This document shows positions 36,429 through 47,500 of a stretch of DNA of 64,000 nucleotides, piece by piece. Made by a program: the position numbers and the translations under genes. The notes under the pieces were generated by a model, which saw nothing but the letters and a program-made list of their open reading frames with translations, ran no database searches and was not told where the DNA came from. Numbering within the stretch: position 1 is the stretch's first letter; every line of letters starts with the position of its first letter. The stretch comes from Amoebophrya sp. A120. Taxonomy: Eukaryota; Protista; Dinoflagellata. The stretch spans positions 5,410,535 through 5,474,534 of the forward strand of contig CAJINV010000004.1 of assembly GCA_905178155.1 (NCBI GenBank). The letters are read 5' to 3'.

Positions 36429-39400
36429 TTACACGTGATCCGACAGGTTGGCGAAAGTCGTTTCCAACTCGGTCTATCAAGTGCAAAAATGTCTGGGTCT
36501 GGAAGAGTGTAGACTTGTCATGCAGATTTTCCATGACCCGTGAGGTCTGGAATGCGGGACTTAGCGTGACAGACTCTGCGAGGTCTCTGCCATGCCTATT
36601 CTGCATGAGAAACTCCGTTCCAACTTGGTCAAAAGCGGACAGCTTTTGGCACTCATGCAACACAGATTTTTGCATGCTTCAGATTTACCATGACAAGTTG
36701 CAATCTTCCAGACCCAGACATTTTTGCAACTCATACGGTCACCAACTGCCCGTACACTGTCTTGAAGTGCTGGTCCGGCTGTCGGGGCAACTCGAACTTC
36801 ATGTTTGTGATCTTCACAATCTATCCTGAGTAAAAACGTACCCACACCATAGTTGTCATGCAAATCTGCATGCTTAAAATGTTTGTCATGCGGAGCCCCA
36901 TGAGAAGCATTTTCTAAGGGTATTTCGAAATTTGTCATGCTCCAATCAGCATGAGAGACTAGATCTGTAATGCTGCTGAACTAGCTCAAACAGCACTACA
37001 CTACGCGTCCAAATTTGTCATGCGAAACAAGCAAAGTTGGCCGATTTGTCTAGCAGATTTTCCATCTTGACTCTGGTGTGGGTACATTTTTGCTAAGGAT
37101 ACAATCTGCTCCCTCATCACGGTGTAGATCAAACCTAATCGAGTTTTTTTGTCGACGTACTGCATCGTGGTCTGTAACTATGCCTGCTGTGAAGCATACT
37201 TTCTGCAAGGAAATCCAAAAGTAGACAAAAAAATTCAATAGGCCAGACCCGGCAGGCCCTTTTTCGGTAGGTAGTGCAGTAGGGTAGTGCGATGAACTAG
37301 ATAGATTAACGCTAGCGAAACAGGTGCGCGCCCTCAGTGTCCTTCTGTTGGCAATTTTTCTGTCCTACCTACCTACCCACCACAATGCACCTGACGCACG
37401 TTCGCGGTAGCTGGCCTACCTACCTACTAGTAGCTCTGGTAGGTTGGTTGGCAACTGCAGCTGGCCTCGCTCAAACAAGCCCGACCTACCTACTTCAAGT
37501 ATGACCGCGCCCGGTCTTGATCAGAAAATCTACCCGACCTACCTACTTGAAGCTACTGACCATCAGCGTGCCCGTTCTTGATTTGCCCGACCTACCTACT
37601 TTAAGCGACTGACCGCGCTCGGCCCTAGTCATAGTCATAAAATCTGCCCGCCCTACCTTCTTAAAGTGACTGGCCACCCCTGGTCTTGATCGCATGGCCA
37701 TGCGATCTACCCGACCTACCTACTTGAACCTACTAACCGCGCCCGGTCTTGCTTAGAAAATCTACCCGACCTACCTACTTGAAGCTGCTGACCATCAGCA
37801 TGCCCATTCTTGATCTACCCGACCTACCTACTTGAAGCGACTGACCACGCTCGGCCGGCCTAGTCATAGTCATATAAATCTGCCCGACCTACCTACTTAA
37901 AGTGACTGGCCACCCCTGGTCTTGATCGCATGGCCATGCGATCTACCCGACCTACCTACTTGAAGCCACTAACCGCGCCCGGTCTTGATTAGAAAATCTA
38001 CCCGACCTACCTACTTGACATTGTAGCGTGCCAGCCACTGGGGAGGCTCGACCCGCCCGACCTACCTGCCTGGCGCCGTTGCTAGTCGCTAGATGTGGCC
38101 AGGGTGAGAGGCCGAATCTCCTCGACCTACCTACCCGAGGCGCTTTTTAGTTGCCCGCGCCGCCCTCTCAGGGGTTTCATTCAGATCTACCCGACCTACC
38201 TACTAAAGGTTGATGGCTGTACTAGACAGCCCCTACCACCAGAGGCGTCGGGGCTACCCGACCGACCTACCAAAAGGCGCGGCGCCGCGGGTCACAAAAT
38301 TTTTTGTGTGTCCGCGCGAAACAAAGTGCTTTCCTTTGGCCGAAAGCAACCCGGGGCCTAGGGGTAACGGGCGCGGCCGATAGGCGCGGGCGCCAAATGC
38401 AAGCGGAATACGGGCGCCCCAGTCTGGGCCGGGGCCACGCCTGGCCCCAATTTTGACGCTGCCTTCCGGCCTAATTCCACTAAAGCCTCTGCCAAATCTG
38501 GCTCAAACCCGGGGCGGCCCGGAATTCCCCCCGGGCTCGCCGCCCGGAAATGCGTGGACGGCCAAACTTTGACGCCGTCCCCCGGCCTAATTCCAATGCA
38601 GCCCTTTTCGAATCTGGCGAAAATCTGGGGAAAATATTCGCCCCCAGAAAAGTGCCCGGACTTGAGCCAGACCCGGGAAAATCTATCCTCGGAGGAAGGG
38701 GGGCATGCGCATGGACCCGGGTGCCGGGGGGCGGCGACGAGCGCCTCCGGGGTTCGGGGCAGTGCCGGGCTGGTGCGCCCGGGGCCGGCCGGGGAAAGTA
38801 GCGCGCGCGGGCCGGCGGTCGCAGGCCGCGAGCGAGGCGGGCGGGCTGAGCTAACAGTTGGCCGCGGCCTTCTTCCAGCGCCAATTATTTGCGCGCCCCC
38901 GCATAAATTAAAAGCCGCGGGGATCCGCGTCGCTGCAGCCGGTCTCCCCCCCTAAACCTACCGCCCCCCCGCGCAAACAAATCGGCGCGGGCCGGGCGAT
39001 GTAGGTTGGTATCTCCGCCCAATTCTTTGTCTTTGAGTGCCTGCGGAGTGCGTTCCGGTTGCAGGTTCCTGGGTTTTCCATTTCGTGACAGGAGTGCAGA
39101 TTTGTGCGTGTTGTGCACTTCCGACTGCATGACAGAGATTGTTTCTCGGTTTCAAATGAGCACTACACTTTTTCAAAAAGTCTAGTGCTCATTTGAAACC
39201 GAAAAGCCATCTACTGCTGTCATCTACCTACCTACCTACCGTACCTACTGACAAACCGAAAGCTTCGGCTTGTCAGTAGGTAGGTAGACAGCTGAGCTGC
39301 CTGTTGTGACGCCACCCGAGGCAGCACTGCGCCCGCTGTTGCCAGGGCCGGCCTACCGACCTACCCCGGCGTCGCCGCCGCCGCCGCCTGGCAAGTCTTT

Positions 39401-42400
39401 CTGTAAATGTAGTGCGTGGGCTGCATGACTGAGAACAACACGGCTGCAGAATTGTCATGCCGAAACGAAGTCTGTATCTGTAACGCGTGCGCGTGCCTCG
39501 CGCACTTTTATTTTTGAAAATGCCTGTCGTGATGCTGAGGCTCGGCATAGTTTGAACCTTCCAGGCCCAAACACGTTTGCAACGCGTGCCGCCGCTCCGA
39601 GCCAGGGTATCCACATGCAGTGCGCTCTCAGAGCACTTGTCTGCAAAGGTGTCCAGGTTTGCACTCTTACGCGTCTTGCGAAGCGAAGAGATACAGATAT
39701 GTCATGCACATCATGCATAATTAAAGCCTTTAATCATGCATGATGTGCATGACATATCTGTATCTCCTTTATGGGAGGATATTAGGCTGAACGACTATAA
39801 AATCCCTTCGAAGACAGCTGGAACTGCTCTGAGGGCTCATTTTTCGCATCCGGTCCCGTTCTTCTTGGAAGTTAGCTAGCGTTAATCTATCTAGTTCATC
39901 GCACTACCCTACTGCACTACCTACCGAAAAAGGGCCTGCCGGGTCTGGCCTACTCAAAAAATTATACATCTTCACATGCAAAATCCTATAAGTACTTCTT
40001 ACCCCAGGTGATCTTCTTGTCTCCGGTTGACTCCACAATCATCTTCTGCGCGGTGTCGTGGAACAATGCGATGACCTTCATCATACCGATCGTCTTCGCC
40101 AGGGGGCACATGAAGTCGTAGTCGGAGAAACCGTTCTGCTGCAAGAAGTCCTCACGGATAATCTTAGCCACCTCCAAGGTGCACTTCTGATCCTCAGACA
40201 AGGAATCCTTTCCGACCAACTGCACAATCTCCTGCAAGTCGTCTTCCTTCTGCAAGATTTCCTTGAAGGTCTGGACCAAGCGGCCGTACTCCGGATCGTA
40301 GTTGGCTTCGAAAAACGGACACAGGATGCGGACGTACCTGATTATCAGGAGTGGGAATGATAGATAGATTCGCAATAAAAATGATAGATCAACAGCAATA
40401 AAACGAGAGTCTGAGGCTCATGTTTTGCATGACGATTTGAATGGAAGAGAAGAAGCTAGGTGCAAGACAGGTTAGTTTCTTGACTACGAGGAATAAAATC
40501 AAAGTATACTTGGAGAAGCTGATCGTCCAGTCCAGCGACGGAAAGTGCTTTCGCTGCGCGAGCTTCTTCGACAACCCCCAGAACACCTGCACGATGGACA
40601 GCGTCGCGCTCGTAACGGGGTCCGTCATATCACCACCCGGTGGGGACACGGCTCCGACGATGGACACGGAGCCCTCCCGGTCGGGCGTCCCGATGCAGTT
40701 CACGCGGCCGGACCGTTCGTAGAAGGACGCCAACCTGGCACCGAGGTAGGCCGGGTACCCGCTGTCGGCCGGCATCTCCCCCAACCGTCCCGCCATCTCA
40801 CGCAGCGCCTCGGCCCACCGGGAGGTGGAGTCCGCCATCATACCCACGTTGAAACCTTGGTCGCGGAAGTACTCGGCGGTTGTAACACCGGTGTAGATCG
40901 ACGCCTCACGGGCCGCGACCGGCATGTTCGAGGTGTTGGCCACGAGAGTGGTTCGCTGCATGATCTCCTCCTCTTTGCCCTCGATCAGCGTCGTAAGCTC
41001 GGGAAAGTCGCACAGCACCTCGGCCATCTCGTTGCCACGCTCGCCGCACCCCACGTACACCACGACATCTGATTTTTTTTCCGCGGTCTCGCCTAGTTCC
41101 ACCAAAGGAACAAAGGTCAGGAAATCTCTATTTTTTTTTCAGCACATGAACTACGTGATAAAGAAGCAGCACCACGACACATTGTTTTGTAAATCATCAG
41201 CGATATTATTAAAAGTACCTGTGTTCGAGTATTTCGAAAGCGCTTGGGAGATGACGGTCTTTCCACAACCGAAAGCGCCGGGGACCGCCGCGGTACCACC
41301 CAAGGTCATTGGGAACAGCGCGTCGCACACCCGCTGGCACGTCAGCATCGCAACCTCGCCGCGCAATTTTTCCTTGGTCGGCCGGGGCTCGCGGATCGGC
41401 CACTTGTTATCGAGTGCACAACTATCGGACTTGATGCTTCTGTTGTAATACAACGAACTCCATGATGACAAAGACAAATCCACTTTTATTCATGCATGGG
41501 AAATTTTATTTTCATTTTGAATAGTCTTGCAGAAGCTCCTTCCACTAGTTGTACGATAGTTCTTTTGCAATGCATATTTGTGCATCATCTGCAGCTGCTC
41601 CTTCTTTCCACTGGGCGTGTCCAGGACCAGCAGGGTGTCCAAAATTTTGTAATTCCCCGCGTCCTATCGAGTGCAGACATGTCTGAGCATGGAAACTTGT
41701 AATGCTAAGTCAGGAAAGAACGATAAAGGCTCTGTAAAAATGCACAGGACTGCCACGCATGCGAGAAAGTAGTTGCGCACCTAGGTGCTGCGCGTTCCGC
41801 ATGACAAACTTTCTTTCTGAATGACAAGCAAAATGCTTTTTCGTGGTGAGTCCGCATCACAAACTACTGCGCCGTCACGTTAGACAAGCATGACAAATCT
41901 TGCGCCTACCTTCCACACCCAGACATCTTTGCAGTGGATACGCCCATGATTTGCGCCACGCGCCCCTGCGACTTCGGCGGGATCATGATTCTGTGCTCGC
42001 GGAACAGCCCGTTCTCCCGCACGATGCCAAAGATGTCGCCGCCCGTTAGCATGTCGCCGACCTTGATCCCCGGAAACGGGCGGAACTCCCACGACTTTCC
42101 CCGGTTCAAGTTGTCGACCTCAAGTTATCAAAAAGAAAAAACTGTCTCAGACTCAACTTCCAATAAGGACACTCACTCCGTGAGACAGTTTTCTGTCATA
42201 CTCCACATGCGCGAAGGGCGTCCTTCAAATGCATGTTTTGTCTCTTGTGACTTTTACGCATCACAGATTCCCTTGTGCGTCATGCTGACGAAATTTATTG
42301 TGTTGCTGAGTCTGCAAAGGTTTGGGACTGAGACAGCTTTTTTCATCTTGGATACCACGCCGCGCTTGATGAACACGGACCCCGTGTCGTTCATGATCCG

Positions 42401-42819
42401 CTCCAACGGACGCTGGATACCGTCGTAAATGTCGTTCAAAATCCCCGGCCCGAGCTCCAGGGACAGCGAAGAACCCGTGCCGTACACCGGGTCGCCGACG
42501 GTCAGACCCGCGGTGTCTTCGTAGACCTAAGGGTTTTCGGGTTATTATTGTTTCAATGCATGGTGATGAAAATAGTATATAGAGCAAATAGCACAGCACT
42601 GCTTCAGAGACAATGTACTCAAATGCACATACGACAATTAGCCAAGACACTAATCCAGCATACCTGCACGGATGCCGTGTCCAGCTCCAGTCGAATGACT
42701 TCCCCGATGAGCTTCTCCTTGCCGACCCGCACCAGCTCAAACATTTTGCACCCGGACATCCCGCCGGCGACCACGAGGGGCCCGGCGACTTTCTCGATGC
42801 TGCCGATCGTCTGGGACAT
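36429..42819 (-). CDS. ATP6V1A: V-type H+-ATPase catalytic subunit A; 10 exons
   Basis: GAFGCGKT P-loop, [42 protein letters not shown]. The C-terminal exons at ~37134-37102, ~36820-36737 and ~36473-36429 give [22 protein letters not shown]...FANLSDHV*. Confidence 0.97.
36475..36735. mobile_element. Introner, family A
   Basis: TIR tatcaagtgcaaaaatgtctgggtctggaag; perfect TSD cggtc. Confidence 0.9.
36822..37101. mobile_element. Introner, family B
   Basis: TIR tatcctgagtaaaaacgtacccacacc / ggtgtgggtacatttttgctaaggata; perfect TSD caatc. Confidence 0.9.
37241..39950. mobile_element. 2.7-kb non-autonomous TIR element (76-bp perfect TIRs, TA flanks) inside GT-AG intron 40002-37135 of V-ATPase A
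   Basis: ggccagacccggcaggccc...taacgctagc at 37241-37316 is inverted at 39875-39950; TA on both sides; no credible ORF. Confidence 0.9.
37480..38020. repeat. Higher-order tandem repeat: ~46-bp monomers (ccgacctacctacttgaag) in ~233-bp units
   Basis: ccgcgcccggtcttg..agaaaatctacccgacc at ~37506, 37737, 37973. Confidence 0.85.
41408..41576. mobile_element. Introner
   Basis: tatc...cata ends; TSD cttgt/tttgt; removal restores QMMHKWP. Confidence 0.8.
41665..41940. mobile_element. Introner, family A
   Basis: TIR tatcgagtgcagacatgtctgag / cccagacatctttgcagtggata; TSD cgtcc/cgccc. Confidence 0.85.
42126..42354. mobile_element. Introner
   Basis: TIR tatcaaaaagaaaaaactgtctcag / ctgagacagcttttttcatcttggata; TSD diverged. 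Confidence 0.8.
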
Positions 42820-43495
42820 CTTGATGTGCGGTTTACTCTTGACTACGTCGTACTTTCGTTTGCTTGTTGTGATTCACACGTCACACAGCACAGTTGTCTG
42901 TTGCTCTGTCTAGGGAAAGCAGCAGTTGTGCGAGTAGTTTCCAGCAGAGATGTGAAGATTTGCCACTCAGGAGGTCGTGAAGAACGGCAAGAAAATTATA
43001 GCTTGACAAACCATGAACCAGAAGCAGATAGTACTTCTGGAAAAAAGATAAACCGTGCCGGCACCTCACGGAAGCACGCGCACACGACAACAGTGGAGAA
43101 GCACTGACGCAGCCACCCAACAACTTCCTAGTGACAGCACTTGAATTTTTTTCTATGTGCTGCTGGATCGCCGTGCACAGATGTCACTTGAAAAAAAAGC
43201 AAAGAAAAAAAGGTGCTGCTTGAACACATGTTGAGGTGACGAGTCGAAACGGCTGTTAAATATGTTGTTCTAAATATGCTCCGTCTCGATACTTCCACAC
43301 GTCAAGTGAAGGCGTAAATTGTACACAGTATTTCCTTAGTCGTGCAGGAATCTGTGCGAGTGAATAAAACAAGCAAAGCTGTCTTTTGTCCCCGGCCAGT
43401 GAGAGCATGCGACAAGAAGTCGTGAGAGCATATCAACTTATCAAAATGCTACATCGCAGGAGCATCTCAATGCGCTTCGACAGTCCTGCCTCTTC

Positions 43496-44798
43496 TTACT
43501 GCTTTTTCTTTCCCCGCCCCGCGCTACTTCTGCTGCTAGTTCTTGTTTTCGGGGCTTGGTTGCTTTTCTTCCGTGGCGTCGCCCCGCTGCTGCGTTCCCG
43601 CGTGATAAATCGCTGGTCGCTCGACGAGGCGGTCACAAGCTTTAGGAAGCAGCATCCTGGGTAAAAACGTCTGCGACCCGAAGCTGTCATGCAAATTCGC
43701 ATACTCAGAGCATCGATCTCCTATGCGGAGCGTCATACCGGGCGTTTGGTAGTGGCGTTTTCGAGTTTGTGTTGCTCAAATCATCAGAAGGAAGAGGCTT
43801 AGGGCTGCCGCGTCCGCGCAAGCTAAACACGATTTTTATTTCTACGCTGCGTCCCGAAACTTGTCATGCACAACATCTTCCAGATCCAGAGCTCCACGAT
43901 TTGTCTTGCCGCATATCAACCATGTCGACTATGCCGGCTAGGATGTTTTTACTCACGATAAGCAGGCCCCCGCGTTCAGTCCGGCCAGTAGGATATGGGT
44001 GTGTCAGGATCGAAATCGATAAAATCGAAAAATTTGTGATGCATAAAGTGTAGGGCACTGGAGGCCTGTATTGGGGAGCAGGCAAATGAGACCGATTGCA
44101 AGCGTCTTTAGAAGGGGCACATATGCAATGTGCTGCCAGAGTAGCACGACAGGAGCAGTGTTCTTTGCCCAAACAGCACGACAGACTGGATTTGGGTGCT
44201 CCCGAAATTTGTCATACGCCACTTACAGACTGAGGCTCCAACTGGTATCGATTTTATGCAACACAAATTTTTCGATTTTGTCAATTTCGATTCTGACACT
44301 TTCATACAGGAATTCGTCCCCGTTAACCGCGTGTGCTACGGAAACCAGAACCATCATTATTGCCAAACAAACGGTGGCGAGCTTTTCCAAGCCGAGTAGT
44401 GGGTGGGTCCAAAAAGCCACCACCGCAGAGGTTTTGCAGAGCCCGAGAAACATTTTGAATGCCGGCTCGGTCAGTTGCACTTCATACGCCCCGAGTTGCT
44501 GCCGCCGAACAAAGGCGTTGAATTGTTGCGTGCTCCGCTCGAAATTGTTGACCGCCTGCGTGGGCAAGAGTGCGGTCTTGATCCCGCCAAAGGCTGTTTT
44601 CCCGGTCTGCTCGCGCGCGTAGCTCGAAAAGTATTGCGGGATCCAAAAAAACACCGGGTCTTCCAAACCGTTATTGCAGGAATAGCCGGGGAATCCAAAC
44701 CCGTCCAGCAGCATCAAGGTACCCGCAGGAAACTGCGACAGCGACAGCAGGATACGCAGACCCAGGTGCAAACTGGGCTGCGGTAGAGACGACAACAT
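43496..44798 (-). CDS. Small multi-pass membrane protein (DoxX-like); about 3 exons
   Basis: Hydrophobic segments LRILLSLSQFPAGTLML, FKMFLGLCKTSAVVAFW, LATVCLAIMMVLVSVAH; continues in frame across introner 43994-44306; 3' end approximate. Confidence 0.55.
43994..44306. mobile_element. Introner with a long (~55-bp) TIR
   Basis: tatgggtgtgtcaggatcgaaatcgataaaatcgaaaaatttgtgatgcataaa is inverted at 44253-44306; TSD tagga/cagga. Confidence 0.9.
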
Positions 44799-47500
44799 TT
44801 TGCGTAGTGTTAAAAACGCTCACTCTGAGCCCCCTGTCGCATAGATTCAAGTCATCTTGTGATACTTGCTACTTAAAGGGCTGAAAAACAAGTGTCTAAC
44901 TATCTGCACTGAGGGACAAGTACTGATACTGCACGACCCGGCAAGGCACTCATAGAAGTGAAAAATACCGAGTTAACAAAAACTCAACTTGGACGGCAGC
45001 ACGCACTGCCTGATACGTTGCCTCACAAAGTCAGAAAGAGAAAGAAGTTTCAACTTTCCGCTGTAATATGTACTATGAGCTGCGCGCGGAAATTTGCTCG
45101 AGGTTGCACGACATTCCGGATCATCCACAGCTGCGACTTCTGGCAGTATAGTTTGTCAAAAACCAAATGACTGGCAACGAGCCTGACCTGCAGCTGAACA
45201 CTACAAGTGAATAGCGACGCACATTCTGCTATGAGGCGGCATTGTCACAGGTGGCGAGTGCCGCGAGTGAGACTTTTTGGGAATTCAAGCGGGGGGACGC
45301 GTTCCTTACATTTAGGGTTTTCTGATTCGGACAACTTTTCGTGTTTTCTAACATGAAGCTGCTCAACACCCGGAGGCGGAAAGCACTAATACCACCTAAT
45401 CATCTCAGCTCCAATTTGTTCATCCTTGCCGGATACTAGTTTGTATCGCCGAGCTCGCATATGCTCTTCCCTGCCTCAAAAGGCTAGGGTGCAGCATAAT
45501 GGATGCTATTTTTCATTAATCAATAGTGAATCACTGGAGCATATTGGATCATCGCACTGCGCGCGGGATTCGCTAATTTTTCTTGTTACTAAGATTTTAA
45601 CATAATGCCATTCGTACAAAAAAACGAAATTCAAGTCTTCAGTAATTTCAAGTTTTGACGTCACTGTCGCTTTCGTACACTCGTGCTTTTGCAAAATCAT
45701 GTAAAGGTCGTTTTCAAAGAGAAACTGAAAATAATTGACTGACAATATTGCGAAGTGTCGCTGTTGCATGCTCTGTCTTGCATGTCATCTGAAGTGTGTG
45801 CGCTAATCCAAGTACGAGAAAATTAGGAGTGGTTCGCTCTGGTTCTCGAAGCGTTAGAAAAGAAACGCCTCGCTCTCCTCTGGCTGTTCTTTTCGTAAAA
45901 TTGTCGTAAAAATTGTCGTTTGTGGTCAGACGAAGCGTCTGTCCTCGTTTTTGGATGGTCTGGTAAAAAGTCGCCATTTTTGGAAGTAGATAGTTTGAGG
46001 AGGAGGAGGAGGATCCTTCACACCTGTTTTTAGCTATACATATTGCTACTCAAGTGGAACATGATGTCGCAGACCACCCGGAGGAAACGAGCAGGGAGGC
46101 ACCGCTCTCAGGAGAAACACCTACTCGGCCAGCATTTGCTCCTGTTCCTTGTACCAGACGCGCCATGTTGCAACTACCACTCTTCGAGTTGCGGGCACTG
46201 AGGTACACTGTTGCAGCTTCTTCTCTTCGAGCCGCGGCCGGGTGCGCTCCGTCTGCTCACAAGCTTACCCTCTGTGGTGCGGCTGTCTACTCTGGGACGG
46301 TCCGGGGCTTGGGCGAGTTTAGGGTCATATCGGGCACCATATGTGTTAGGTGCTTGTCCCTTAACTCTGTAGACACTGCGCTGCCTCCGCCCTGGAGCAG
46401 CTTGAGGCAGAGCTCACCTCCCGATTTTGTCACGATCAGGCGCTTCAAGGTGGTAGCATATTTGTCATGCTGCCACCTTCTCTCGGGTGGTTCTGGCCGG
46501 ACCTTCGTCTCGTTCTACAAAGTCCACGTCTACGAATGCAAGACGCGAACTTTAGCTGCGCCCTAAAAATCTGAGATTCTTCCACTAGGCGGCTGCGCTG
46601 GATCGTGGGGAATTCTAATATGTATGGATCCGCACCTTGAATCGAGAAAAGATAGAGATACATCTGGAATCTCTATCAGAGAAAATCAATATCAGGATCT
46701 ATCGACATCTCAGCAGCTCCTGGTCCAGATGTATATCTTTTCTTCATTCTCCAGGCTCCGCGCCCTCGTTTTCCGCTTTCTCGTCGTGGTCTAGTTTGCT
46801 TGTGCTTAGACTAGGCGTGACCTGCTAGCTTTCGTTCTTGCACCTTGTACGCTCGTGGCAGTGGAAGAGAAGATGTGAACCCGTCCAAAGAAGATGTTGA
46901 GAGCCAGAGCCCGCCACAAGAAGATGAAACTCTGCCGGCGCTGTGGAGAGGGAAATCGCCGACAGGGACCATATTTCTGGATGGAATGCGCACACAGACG
47001 CACGGGGCGCTGAGGCTCTACCTACTTTCTACTGTAAATGGGCACAGCTGACCCGCCACGTACGGGTGTCTAACTATTTTGCTTCGAAACTCCATCGCAA
47101 GGAGTCGGGGGAGATACCGACGTGGCGTCAGTGGTGGTAAATGTGTGTGTGCGATGGGTCTAACAACTACTCTACGGCATAGCTCCCCCTGTTCTAGATT
47201 TTTCGGATCTCAGGCAACAAGGAAGTAGATAGTTTGAAGCAGTAAAATAACATCGCTGAAAGACTCAGTAACTCTTTTTTTCTGTCTGAGACCAAATATA
47301 AACCGTAATCAAAGAGTAGTAGACCAGTTCCTATAACAAAGTTAGTTTGGAAAAGGCTAGGAGGCTGATCTTCTTCTCCTTCACCGTAGTTTATTAATCG
47401 ATCTTCGCTTTATTTAAAAATCAAACTGATCATGAGAGGTCTAAACAAGTTTCCTACCTTTGCCGAAAAGGCTTCTTAACTAAACGTAAAATAAGAAGCT

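Noticed and set aside
37480-38280. CRISPR-like array of ccgacctacctac repeats
   Set aside because: The spacers themselves repeat with a ~233-bp period, there are no cas genes and the context is eukaryotic
39986-40002. V-ATPase A truncated at ITWGKKYL*
   Set aside because: This is read-through of a GT donor; the true C-terminal exons lie at 37134-36429
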